Below, piece after piece: positions 45,922 through 55,529 of a stretch of 64,000 nucleotides of DNA (positions are counted from its first letter, which is position 1; each line of letters starts with the position of its first letter). The notes under the pieces were generated by a model that saw nothing but the letters and a program-made list of their open reading frames with translations, was not told where the DNA came from and ran no database searches. Both the position numbers and the translations under genes were made by a program. Source of the stretch: Planctomycetota bacterium (GTDB lineage Bacteria > Planctomycetota > B15-G4 > SIAN01); contig JANNXA010000033.1 of NCBI GenBank assembly GCA_031409275.1, forward strand, positions 128,001 to 192,000. The letters run 5' to 3'.

Positions 45922-48147
45922 CTACTTCGCGCCGAGATGGAACGGTCGCAGCGCGATCGGCGCGAGAGCGACCTCGCCTTCCGTCACCCGCCAGGCGCGG
46001 TCGAACGGCACGTCGGTGAAGCGCTGCATCGTTCCCGAGCCAGGCCAGCGGATCTCGATCGAGCGGATCGCGGTGGCGTCTCCGAGCCCGATCTCCTGCC
46101 GCAACGAGGAGCCGCCGAAGCTGCCGCCGGTGCCGGCCAGACGATGGAGCGTGCGCGGCCCGGCCGGCGTCTCGAGCTCGACCTTCAGTCGCGCACCGAT
46201 CGCGCAGTGGTTCGCTCGAACGCCACGCAGGTGCAGCGTGATCCAATGGGCGCCCTGCGTCGGATTCTCGAACAGCGCGCTCGGGAAGTCGTCGCCCGGA
46301 AAGATGCCGCCGAAGTCGGCGCATACGTCCTGGTCGCCATCGTCGTCGAAGTCGGCGAACGCGATGCCGTGCCCTTTCTGCAGGTGGCCGAAGCCGCCGG
46401 CCGTCGTGACGTCCTGGAAGCGGCGCGCGCCATCGTTTCGGAACATCCGGTTGGGCAGCAACGCGCGGAAGCTCGGGTTGCCGGTACCGAGGTAGATGTC
46501 TTCCCAACCGTCGTTGTCGAGGTCGCCGTAGTTGGCGCCCATCACCAGGATCGCGCGGTCGAGCCCGAGCTCGGGCGCGACGTCGCGGAATCGACCATGG
46601 CCTTCGTTGCGGTAGAGCGCGGGCCGATCGCTGCTGGTGGGCTGTCCGAACATGAAGCGGCCGATGTCGTCCGGCGTGTTGCCGAAGCCGGAGTTGGGCG
46701 CGGCGAAGAGATCGAGCCGGCCATCCTGGTCGTAGTCGAAGAACCAGCAGGCGAAGCTCTTCTCGGGCCGCGCGACGCCCGCTTCTGCCGTCACGTCGAC
46801 GAAGCGAAAGCCTGGCGCGTCGTCGCACTTCACGTTGCGGAAGAGGAAGTTGTGCGGCTCGCGGCAGGAGACGTAGAGGTCGGGTCGCCCGTCGTCGTCG
46901 TAGTCGGCGGAACAGCTGCCCTTGGCGAAGACCGCGAGGTCGACGCCCACGGTCTCGGCGACGTCCTGGAAGCCGCCTTCGCGATCGTTCCACCACAGCT
47001 CGCAGCGCTGCGGATCGCCGGCCGAGGTCGTTTCGTTGCCGACGAAGAGGTCGAGCCACCCGTCGCCGTCGAAGTCGGACCAGACCGCGTTCTGCGTCGG
47101 ATGGAAGGAGAGCATGCCGGCCTGCTCGGTCACGTCGTCGAAGGTGCCGTCGCCCCGGTTGCGCAGCAGCGAGTTGGGGAGCTTGCCGTCGTCCTTCAAC
47201 CACGCGCCGCGCAGCACCAGGACGTCGACGTCGCCGTCGTTGTCGTAGTCGGCGTGCAGCAGGTTGAGCCCGCCGATCAGCCCGTCGAGGCCCGCCTCAT
47301 GCGAGCGCTCGGTGAAGCGGCCGTTGCCCTCGTTGCGATAGAGCCGCAGCGGATCGCGAAAGCCCTGCGACGAGAGCAGGAGATCGAGCCGTCCGTCGCC
47401 GTCGAGGTCCTCGGCGATGGCGCCGCCGGCGAGGTCGGACGTCGTCACGCCGCACGCCGCCGCGACGTTCTCGAAACGGGGCAACGAGTACTCCGACTCG
47501 AAGCTCGCGGAGGCCAATCGCCACGCTGGCGGCACGCCGTCGGGCCAGGTTCCGAGCGTCATCGCCACGAGGTTCACCAGCCAGACCGAGTCGGCGTCGG
47601 TCGGTTCGTCGGCGAGATGGTGCAGCAGCTCTTGATAGGCCCGCTCGGAACCGCGGCGTTTGGTGTGGACGCCCGCTGCGGCGATCGGCGCGAGGCACGA
47701 CGAGCCGTTGCAGCATTCGACGCAGTTTTCGACCTCGCCCAGCCGCAGCCATGCCGTGACGCGCGCCAGGTCGAGCTCGCGCACGAAGGCGTGGTCGGTC
47801 AATCCATCGCGCGAAGCGGCCTGCGTCGCTCGATCGAGTTCCGCCGCCGCCTGCTCCGGTCGGCCGACCTTGATCAGGTCGAGACCAAGCCGCAGGCGCT
47901 GGCGCGCCTCGTCGGCGAGTGGTGTGCTTCCGGCGAATCGGCTCACGCGTTCGTCGATGGAGGCGCGAAAGGCGTCCGCGCAGCCGGTGACGGACGCCGA
48001 GCGGGCCAGCGCATCGAGCCGATCGACCATGCGTGCCGTTCCGCGGCCGGACGTCGCGACCCACCAGCGGGTCACCGCGTCCCGTTCGATGACGACGATC
48101 AGCGCGGCGAGCGCGCCGGCGAAGACGATCAGCCGACGACTTTTCAT
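45922..48147 (-). CDS. CRTAC1/ASPIC-UnbV family FG-GAP repeat protein
   Basis: Repeated D[YF]DxDGxxD; GHLQKGHG; C-terminal AIGARLKV..GGSFGGSSLRQEIGLG..IRWP. Confidence 0.9.
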   Translation of the reverse strand: MKSRRLIVFAGALAALIVVIERDAVTRWWVATSGRGTARMVDRLDALARSASVTGCADAFRASIDERVSRFAGSTPLADEARQRLRLGLDLIKVGRPEQAAAELDRATQAASRDGLTDHAFVRELDLARVTAWLRLGEVENCVECCNGSSCLAPIAAAGVHTKRRGSERAYQELLHHLADEPTDADSVWLVNLVAMTLGTWPDGVPPAWRLASASFESEYSLPRFENVAAACGVTTSDLAGGAIAEDLDGDGRLDLLLSSQGFRDPLRLYRNEGNGRFTERSHEAGLDGLIGGLNLLHADYDNDGDVDVLVLRGAWLKDDGKLPNSLLRNRGDGTFDDVTEQAGMLSFHPTQNAVWSDFDGDGWLDLFVGNETTSAGDPQRCELWWNDREGGFQDVAETVGVDLAVFAKGSCSADYDDDGRPDLYVSCREPHNFLFRNVKCDDAPGFRFVDVTAEAGVARPEKSFACWFFDYDQDGRLDLFAAPNSGFGNTPDDIGRFMFGQPTSSDRPALYRNEGHGRFRDVAPELGLDRAILVMGANYGDLDNDGWEDIYLGTGNPSFRALLPNRMFRNDGARRFQDVTTAGGFGHLQKGHGIAFADFDDDGDQDVCADFGGIFPGDDFPSALFENPTQGAHWITLHLRGVRANHCAIGARLKVELETPAGPRTLHRLAGTGGSFGGSSLRQEIGLGDATAIRSIEIRWPGSGTMQRFTDVPFDRAWRVTEGEVALAPIALRPFHLGAK

Positions 48148-48258
48148 GGCAGCGGGACCACGATCCAGGCGGAGATGAGCGAGACGATCGGTCTCAACGA
48201 CGCGACGCCAGACCGCCCGCGCCGTGTTACTCGCGCAATTTCCGATCCGGGCTGCGAC

Positions 48259-50385
48259 TCAGAAGCGCCACTCGACGGCGGTGATGAGATTTCGTCCGGG
48301 CGCATCGATGCCGGAACCGTGGATGCGGTAGCGGTAGTTGAAGAGGTTCTCGAGCGCGAGTGTCAGCGCGGCGGCGCGAGTGAGCTCGACGCCGGTGCGC
48401 AGGTTGAACGTCCACCAGGCAGGAGTGCCGGAGTCGGGGAAGCGCGGATCGCTCTTGTCGATGGCGGCGAGGCGACGTTGCGCGAGGGCGCCGCGCGCGA
48501 ACGCTTCGGCCCACCACGGGTGGCCGGCGCTCTCGTCGTCGACGCGCCACGCGAGCAGGCCATCGGGCGGCGGCACCTTGCTGACCGGTTCGTTCGCGCT
48601 CGTGTTGCGGCCGAAGTTGGCGGCGGCCTGCAACTCGAGCGTGTGGCGCAAGCCCACCGGATCGACGTCGATCACCACTTGCGCGAGGCCGAGCTCGGCG
48701 GAGTAGATCACCGCGCGATCGGCGTTGTCGACCACGAAGAAGTCGGTTCCGCCGGAGTTGAAGGCGAACTCGTTGGTGAGCAGGTCTTCGTACCAGGCGG
48801 CCGCGAGCGCTGCCTGCGCGGTGGTGCGAGCGCTCGATTGCTTGGCACCGACTTCGAGGTTCCAGACCTTCTCAGGATTGACGTCGAAGCTCGGCACGCG
48901 ATTGCCCGCCGCGAAGTCACCGACGACGGCAAGGTCGTCGAGGTTGGGCGCCCGGAAGCCGCGCGAGAACGAGGCGTAGAGCGACCGCTCGTCGTCGAGC
49001 GTCTTGCTCAATCCGGTCGCGAACGTGACGTCGTCGTGCTGCTCGTCGAACTTGCCGAACGGACCGGCGGTGCCGACCGTGAGCCCTTCGAAGTCGAGGT
49101 CGACGGCGATGCGTGACGCACGCACGCCATTCACCCACTCGAAGCCGTCGCCGAAGCGCCACTCGTCCTGCACGTAGACCCCGAGCGTGTCGTAGCGCGC
49201 GCCATCGGGGAAGCGGCCGTTCGCGCTGGGAGTGACCGTTCCCACCGTCGAGTCGATCGTGTAGGCGTCGGAGTTCACCCGCTCGAAGTAGCCCTCGCCG
49301 CCGACCGTCAGCAGATGGGCCGGATCGACGCGCAGCCCCGCCTGCAGCGAGAGGCCGGGCGCGATGAGCTCGTCGCGCTCGACGCTGGTGAGGGTGGGGG
49401 TCGAGGTGCGCACCCGGCGGCGCCCCTCGACCGGCGCGTTGAGGCTCGCGATCGCCTGCATCGACTCGAGCAGCGCCCCCTCGTCGTCGTGGCGCCAGCG
49501 CAGTTGATGCCAGCGCAGCCGCTGCGGATCGAAGTCGCGCCCGAGGTCCGAGGGATTGGGATTCTCGTCGTTGGCGATGATCCGTTCGCTGGCGGGCACG
49601 TTCCATTGGCGGCTGTAGAGCAGCAGGTAGTCGAGCGTGTCGTGGTCGCCGAGTTCGCGGGTGACGCTCAAGTTCAGGTCGCGTTCGCGGTAGCCGGTCG
49701 GCTCCTGCTCGCCGCCGCGGTCGACCGCGCCGATCGGATCGCCGCCGACCCGGCCGGCGGAGAGGTCGCCGAGATGGCGCGACGTCGTGCCGGCGAAGAA
49801 GCCCCAGCCGTCGAACTCGGCGTTCGCATCGACGTGGCCGACGAGCCCCTCGTTCGCGGTCTGGTGCTGGAACCAGGCGCGACCGCCCCAGTCGTTCACT
49901 CCTTCGATCGAGCGCTGCCGTGTCAGCAAGTTGACGGCGCCGCCCATCGCGTCGGAGCCGTAGAGGACCGAGGCGGGACCGTGGACGACCTCGATCGACT
50001 CGAGCGCGAAGAGGTCGATGGTGTTGAGGTACTGGTGGTTGCGCCGGAACGTGGTGTTGCTGAAGCGCTGGCCGTCGATCAACAGCAGCACGTCCTTGCC
50101 CGAACGACCGCGCAAGATCGGCGAGCCCGCCCCCTGGTTGCTCTTCTGCATCGTGAGGCCGGGCACCCCGCGCAGCGCGTCGGGGGTGTTCTGCGGCACC
50201 ATGCGCCGGATGCGTTCGCGATCGCGGACGGTCACGCTGGCCGGGACCTCGAGGGCCGACTCTTCGCCGCGAGTGGGCGTGACGACCACCGGGGCCACGG
50301 GGACGGTCGGGCGCGCCGGGTCGACCTGCGGAGCGGGGGCGGGGTCCTGCAACGCCGCGAGCAGCGCCAGGTAGGGAAGGCCCAT
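48259..50385 (-). CDS. TonB-dependent receptor
   Basis: VVVTPTRG; plug motif IEVVHGPASVLYGSDAMGGAVN; GFRAPNL; ENLFN; C-terminal VEWRF. Confidence 0.93.
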   Translation of the reverse strand: MGLPYLALLAALQDPAPAPQVDPARPTVPVAPVVVTPTRGEESALEVPASVTVRDRERIRRMVPQNTPDALRGVPGLTMQKSNQGAGSPILRGRSGKDVLLLIDGQRFSNTTFRRNHQYLNTIDLFALESIEVVHGPASVLYGSDAMGGAVNLLTRQRSIEGVNDWGGRAWFQHQTANEGLVGHVDANAEFDGWGFFAGTTSRHLGDLSAGRVGGDPIGAVDRGGEQEPTGYRERDLNLSVTRELGDHDTLDYLLLYSRQWNVPASERIIANDENPNPSDLGRDFDPQRLRWHQLRWRHDDEGALLESMQAIASLNAPVEGRRRVRTSTPTLTSVERDELIAPGLSLQAGLRVDPAHLLTVGGEGYFERVNSDAYTIDSTVGTVTPSANGRFPDGARYDTLGVYVQDEWRFGDGFEWVNGVRASRIAVDLDFEGLTVGTAGPFGKFDEQHDDVTFATGLSKTLDDERSLYASFSRGFRAPNLDDLAVVGDFAAGNRVPSFDVNPEKVWNLEVGAKQSSARTTAQAALAAAWYEDLLTNEFAFNSGGTDFFVVDNADRAVIYSAELGLAQVVIDVDPVGLRHTLELQAAANFGRNTSANEPVSKVPPPDGLLAWRVDDESAGHPWWAEAFARGALAQRRLAAIDKSDPRFPDSGTPAWWTFNLRTGVELTRAAALTLALENLFNYRYRIHGSGIDAPGRNLITAVEWRF

Positions 50386-50544
50386 GGACGGCGTCATCCG
50401 CAAGATCCTTGCACTCGGAGAGGGGCGGCTCGTGCGGTGGCAGCATGCCGCAGCCAGTCGATCGCGCGAAGCAGCGGGGTCGCTAACCTGTCCGCCCCTT
50501 TCGACCCGAAGCCGACCTTCGCCGATCGCCTGCAGGAGCCCCGC

Positions 50545-51969
50545 GTGGCCAAGAAGAGCATGACGACCGCGACCCGAAACTCTGGCGCGAAGAAGCCGAG
50601 CTCCAAGCCCGCGGCGAAGAAGACGATCGCCAAGAAGGTGGCCGCGAAGCGCTCGCCCGCCAAGAAGTCACGCGCCAAGCGGAACGCGGCGCCGCCGGTG
50701 AAGGCGCCGGTCGGCCGGCTCGCGACGATGGCGGCAGGCCTCAAAGGCTCCGAGATCCTGAAGATCGCGGCGGACATTCGCGCGCAGATGGCGGCGGGCG
50801 TCACGATCTGCAACCTCACCGTCGGCGACTTCGACAGCAAGCAGTTCCCGATCCCCGACTTCCTGCGCGACGCCATCACCGCCGCGATCAAGAACGGCGA
50901 GACGAACTACCCGCCCTCCGATGGCGTGATGCCGCTGCGCCAGTCGCTGCAGCGCTTCTACAAGTCGCAGCTCGACCTCGACTACCCGATCGAAGGGATC
51001 CTGGTCACCGGCGGCGCGCGACCCGCCATCTACGGCACCTATCGTTCGTTGGTCGATCCCGGCGACGTGGTCGTCTATCCGGTGCCGAGCTGGAACAACA
51101 ACCACTACTGCCATCAGCTCGGCGCGGTCGGCCGCGCGGTGGTCTGCTCGCCGGAGGACTCGTTCCTGCCGACGCGAGCGAAGCTGCAGGACGCGATCCG
51201 CGGCGCGCGACTCCTGTCGCTCAACTCGCCGCTCAATCCGACCGGCACGGCCTTCAGCGCCGACGTGCTCTCCGCGATCTGCGACATGGTCCTCGAAGAG
51301 AACGCGCGCCGCGGCACCAGCCAGCGGCCGCTCTACGTGATGTACGACCAGGTCTATTGGATGCTGACGTTTGGCGGCGTGAAGCACGTGACGCCGGTCG
51401 GGCTGCGGCCGGAGATGCGCCCCTACACCATCTTCGTCGACGGCCTCAGCAAGCCCTTCTCCGCCACCGGGCTGCGCGTCGGCTGGTGCGTCGGTCCAAG
51501 CGACGTCATCGCCTCGATGAGCAACATCCTCGGCCACGTCGGTGCGTGGGCGCCGCGCGCCGAGCAGATCGCCTCCGCGCAGCTGCTCGATCGCCCCGAC
51601 GTGATCCGCGACTTCCACGCCGTCAGCAAGAAGGCCGAGCAGGCGCGCCTCGATGCGCTGTTCAAGGGACTGACCGCGCTGAAGAGCGCCGGACTGCCGG
51701 TCGACGCGCTGGCTCCCGCCGGCGCCATCTACCTCACCGCGCGCTTCGACCTCGCCGGCAAGCGGACGCAGGAGAACTTCGTCCTGCACACGAACGAGGA
51801 GATCCGCCGCTACCTGCTGAACGCGGCCGGCTGCGCGATCGTGCCGTTCCAGGCGTTCGGTTCGAAGCAGGACGACGGCTGGTTCCGCATGAGCATCGGC
51901 GCCGTGTCGCTGGCCGACATCGAGGCGATGTTCCCGCGGGTCGACGCGGCGCTGCGCGCACTGCGCTGA
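50545..51969 (+). CDS. PLP-dependent aminotransferase class I/II (aspartate aminotransferase-like) with Lys/Ala-rich N-terminal tail
   Basis: CAGGAG RBS before GTG; NSPLNPTG, DQVY, PLP lysine motif DGLSKPFSATGLRVGW. Confidence 0.9.
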   Translation: MAKKSMTTATRNSGAKKPSSKPAAKKTIAKKVAAKRSPAKKSRAKRNAAPPVKAPVGRLATMAAGLKGSEILKIAADIRAQMAAGVTICNLTVGDFDSKQFPIPDFLRDAITAAIKNGETNYPPSDGVMPLRQSLQRFYKSQLDLDYPIEGILVTGGARPAIYGTYRSLVDPGDVVVYPVPSWNNNHYCHQLGAVGRAVVCSPEDSFLPTRAKLQDAIRGARLLSLNSPLNPTGTAFSADVLSAICDMVLEENARRGTSQRPLYVMYDQVYWMLTFGGVKHVTPVGLRPEMRPYTIFVDGLSKPFSATGLRVGWCVGPSDVIASMSNILGHVGAWAPRAEQIASAQLLDRPDVIRDFHAVSKKAEQARLDALFKGLTALKSAGLPVDALAPAGAIYLTARFDLAGKRTQENFVLHTNEEIRRYLLNAAGCAIVPFQAFGSKQDDGWFRMSIGAVSLADIEAMFPRVDAALRALR

Positions 51970-51974
51970 GCCGG

Positions 51975-52703
51975 CTAGAAGAGGCTCCACTGCCGCGGGC
52001 AGATGGCGAGCAGCGCGACGATCTCGCCGCGCGGGCGCTGCGAGGCGTCGGCGACGTCGGCGCGCCAGGCGGCGACCGCATCGGCGAGCGGCGTCTGGAA
52101 GAGCGTCTGCGCCGTCGCTTCGAGCGAGGCCGTCACCGCGGTCGCGTCGCCGTCGAGCGGCAGCGGCTCGTAGTGGTGAGCCTCCAAGCGCTCGTCGCGG
52201 GTGCCGGTCAGCATCGTCAGCGCGACGGTCGCGAAGAGCTGCTGATGGGGTGCGCCGTCGAGCCACTCGCCAAGGAATGCCGGCAGAGAGTCGTGGCGCT
52301 CGCTCCAGCTCAAGGCGAAGTGGAGCGCACCGAAGGCGGGATCGAGCTGCCCTTGCTCCACCGCTTCGGCGACGTCGGTCGCGTCATCCCCTGACGCGCT
52401 CTCGATCAGCAACTGTTCCGCGCCGCGCCGCACGTCCTCGCCCGATGCCAGCGGCCACAGCCACGCCGCCTTCGCGACCGCCGCGCGCAATACGAGGCGG
52501 CGGCTGCCCAAGTGCCAGTCGAGCCACGGTTCGTACTTGGGCGCGCCGTAGCAGCCGATGAAGCCGTAACCCGCCTGCTTCGACGTGCCGTCATGGCGGA
52601 CCGCGAGCTGCAGCGCAAGCCAGGCGCCGATCGTGACGAACAGCGCGCCGAAGTTGAGCGCGAGGAAGAGACGGGAAGTGCGCGTCGGCCTGGCGTCGCT
52701 CAC
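51975..52703 (-). CDS. Hypothetical membrane-anchored protein
   Basis: GTG overlaps the arsM stop (GTGA); one N-terminal TM (LFLALNFGALFVTIGAWLALQLAV). Confidence 0.55.
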   Translation of the reverse strand: MSDARPTRTSRLFLALNFGALFVTIGAWLALQLAVRHDGTSKQAGYGFIGCYGAPKYEPWLDWHLGSRRLVLRAAVAKAAWLWPLASGEDVRRGAEQLLIESASGDDATDVAEAVEQGQLDPAFGALHFALSWSERHDSLPAFLGEWLDGAPHQQLFATVALTMLTGTRDERLEAHHYEPLPLDGDATAVTASLEATAQTLFQTPLADAVAAWRADVADASQRPRGEIVALLAICPRQWSLF

Positions 52704-53650
52704 TGCGCCGCCGCCGGCTTCTTCGCGGCGACCAGCAGGCTCGTCACGTAGTCCTTCGCGGTGCGGCCGGCCGGCAGCTGTCGCGTGATCTCGGCGTAGA
52801 GCGGGTCGCCCATCGATTCGAGCGTCGCGAGGTAGTCGCCTTTGCGAGTGAGCTGCACGTCGGCGAGGCCCGCCGCCTTCGCCCACGCGCGCGACTCCTC
52901 GACCAGCGCTGCGCCGGAGACGCAGCCGACCAACGCATCGACCATCGCGAGGACGGCGGGCGGCAGCGGTTGCTCGAGCGCGAGGTCGGAGACGGCGACG
53001 CGGCCGCCGGGCTTGAGCACGCGCGCGATCTCTCGCCACACCTGCGGCTTGTCGGGCGAGAGGTTCAACACGCAGTTGCTGATGACCACGTCGACGCTGC
53101 CATCGGCCACCGGCAGATGTTCGATCTCGCCGAGGCGGAACTCGACGTTCGAGAGTCCCGTCTTCTGCTGCCAACCGGCCAGGTTGCCACGCGCTCGCTT
53201 CACCATCTCCGGCGTCATGTCGACGCCGATGGCGCGACCGCTCGGGCCGACCTTCTTGCTCACCAGGAAAAGATCGAAGCCGGCGCCGGCGCCAAGGTCG
53301 AGGACGACGTCGCCCTCCTTCAGCGCCGCGATCGCCTGCGGATTGCCGCACGAGAGGCCGAGGTTGGTCCCTTCTGGCAGCGCGGCGAGCTCTTCCGTCG
53401 AGTAGCCGAGCGCCTGCGCCAGCGCGCCCGCGTCGGCGGGGACCGAGCAGCAGCCGCCCTGGCCGCTGCCGGCACTGGTCGGGCCGCAGCAGCCGCTGGC
53501 GGTGTCGGCGGCGGGCGCGGCACCCATGCTCGGCAGCGTGCCCTGGAAGAGCGGCAGCGCGCTGGTGCCACGCGCAATCTTGGCGTAGCCCTCGCGCACG
53601 GTGTCGCGCACGGCGTCCGGCGTCGGGTTCGGTGGCGGGGTGGAAGACAT
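52700..53650 (-). CDS. arsM: Arsenite S-adenosylmethyltransferase
   Basis: VREGYAKIA, GCCG/GCCS, LGLSCGNP, VLDLGAGAGFD, ISNCVLNLSPDK, VGCVSGA. Confidence 0.92.
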   Translation of the reverse strand: MSSTPPPNPTPDAVRDTVREGYAKIARGTSALPLFQGTLPSMGAAPAADTASGCCGPTSAGSGQGGCCSVPADAGALAQALGYSTEELAALPEGTNLGLSCGNPQAIAALKEGDVVLDLGAGAGFDLFLVSKKVGPSGRAIGVDMTPEMVKRARGNLAGWQQKTGLSNVEFRLGEIEHLPVADGSVDVVISNCVLNLSPDKPQVWREIARVLKPGGRVAVSDLALEQPLPPAVLAMVDALVGCVSGAALVEESRAWAKAAGLADVQLTRKGDYLATLESMGDPLYAEITRQLPAGRTAKDYVTSLLVAAKKPAAAQ

Positions 53651-53731
53651 CGGAGACTCCAGGGAGCGGGGTGGCGCGAGGGGCTCGCGGCTCGAGTGCA
53701 AGTTGCGAGCCGACCGGCTGCGGCGAGTCGG

Positions 53732-55375
53732 CTACTGCTGCACGAAGCGGCCGCCGTTCTCGCTCGCGATCTGCTGGAGGAACGTCGTGTTGAGCGCCTT
53801 GCCGATGCCGATCGTGTGGATCACCACGTGTTTCGTCGGGTTCCAGCGTCGCACCGATTCGAGGATGCGCTCGGTCGAGTCGGGCGTGTTGTCGGGCTTG
53901 GTCGGCGAGCCGTCGGTCAGCAGGAAGATCGTGTCGACGACGCTCTTGTAGTACTTGTCCTGCGCGCCGCGGCCCGCCAACGCGAACGCCTGCTCGAGCG
54001 CGTCGTGGATGTTGGTGGTCTGCAGCGGCTGGAGCGCGCGCACCCAATCCTGCGCCTTGCGGATCTCGGCCGGCGTCGCGACCAGCATCCCCTTCGAGTA
54101 GGGGACGACCACGTCGTTGAAGCAGACGATCGAGAACTTGTCGCCCTTGGTCAGCTTCCCGAGCACCTCGATCAGCGCCTCCTTGGTCGCCTCCATGCGA
54201 CTGTCGGCGCCGGCGTCGACGGGAGGGCCGGTGTCCTTCGGCGGGTTCTTGATCGAGACCTGCATCGAGCCGGAGCAGTCGATGACGTAGACGATCGACT
54301 TGCCTTCCTGCGGAATGCCGTAGTAGTAGACGCCCTTCTTCGGATCGGCCGGTGCCGTCAGCGCGTCCGCGAGCTTCGAGCGCCCCTTCGACAGCGGCTG
54401 CTTGCCGGCGACGAACTCCGCGCCCTCCTTCGCCAACCAGTTGCGCCACGCGTTCGAGGAATCGCCGAGCTGCTGGCCGGTGAGGATCTCGAGCGCGATG
54501 CCCATTCGCCGTTGCGTGCGCCCCTCCTCGACCGCGAGCCGTTCGATCAACGGCTCGATCGCTTCGGGCGCGGCGAGGTGGGCCAGCGCCCATGCCGCCT
54601 GCTCGCGCACCGCCGCATCCTCGTGCTGCAGCGCCTTCAACACCGTGGGCGCGCATGGCTGCGCGGCCCGCTCGCATCCGGCCAACCCCTCGAGCACCAC
54701 CGCCAGCTCTTCGGCCTGCGTCGCCCTCGCCAGGGCCTTCATCAACGCGGCGGCGAACGGCTCGCCGCGCTGGCCGGCGGCGCGCGCGACGAAGAGCTTG
54801 AGCGACAGCGGCAGCTTCTTCTGGCCGATGACGTGGTCGACCAGCCAGCCGATCGCGGAGTCGCTTTCGAGCCGCTCCGCGCGCGCGAGCAGCTTGCTTT
54901 GCAGGGCGTACAGCGCGTCGATGGTGTTGCCGAGCGCCTTGGTCTCGGCGCACAAGGCGTCGTGCGCAGACTTCATCTTCGGGTCGAAGGTCCGCTTGCC
55001 GAACTCCTGGCCCTGCAGCAACGTCGCGATCTGCAGGTCGACCTCGCCTTTGCGAAGCTGCGCGGCGAGCAATTCGTCGGCGAGGTCGGAGTAGCGCTCC
55101 ACCAGCGCTTCTGCGACTTGAGGTCCGTCGCCATCGCCGAGCAGCGCGATCGCCTCGGCGCGCGTTTCGGCGTCCTTCTGCCGCTTGGCGGTGCTCTTGA
55201 ACGCCTTCGTGAAGGCGGCCAGCTGCTCGCTGGTGGCGTCCTCGCCGGGCTGGGAGGCGGGCCGCGCCGCTGCTCCGAGCACGAACGGCAGGATCGCGAG
55301 CCAGAGCAGCCACGCTCGCAGCGCGAGTCGAGGTCGCGCGAACGGGCAGCGAACGGACGGGCGGGTGCGGTGCAA
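53732..55375 (-). CDS. HEAT-repeat + von Willebrand A domain protein
   Basis: HEAT-like (VREQAAWALAHL); MIDAS IDCSGSM; DTIFLLTDGSPT; IHTIGIG. Start uncertain (TTG 55375 assumed). Confidence 0.82.
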   Translation of the reverse strand: MHRTRPSVRCPFARPRLALRAWLLWLAILPFVLGAAARPASQPGEDATSEQLAAFTKAFKSTAKRQKDAETRAEAIALLGDGDGPQVAEALVERYSDLADELLAAQLRKGEVDLQIATLLQGQEFGKRTFDPKMKSAHDALCAETKALGNTIDALYALQSKLLARAERLESDSAIGWLVDHVIGQKKLPLSLKLFVARAAGQRGEPFAAALMKALARATQAEELAVVLEGLAGCERAAQPCAPTVLKALQHEDAAVREQAAWALAHLAAPEAIEPLIERLAVEEGRTQRRMGIALEILTGQQLGDSSNAWRNWLAKEGAEFVAGKQPLSKGRSKLADALTAPADPKKGVYYYGIPQEGKSIVYVIDCSGSMQVSIKNPPKDTGPPVDAGADSRMEATKEALIEVLGKLTKGDKFSIVCFNDVVVPYSKGMLVATPAEIRKAQDWVRALQPLQTTNIHDALEQAFALAGRGAQDKYYKSVVDTIFLLTDGSPTKPDNTPDSTERILESVRRWNPTKHVVIHTIGIGKALNTTFLQQIASENGGRFVQQ

Positions 55376-55529
55376 GAGCGGCTCCAGGGTCGGCGAAGGG
55401 AATAAAGCGCCGGTGGCACGTGGAGTCACGTTGGAGTAATGGGTCGCGCCCTTCCAGGAGCGGTGATAGGCTCCCCGGCCGCGCGAAACGCCCTCCGACC
55501 GCTTCCTACGTTTCGAACGGAGCTCGCGA

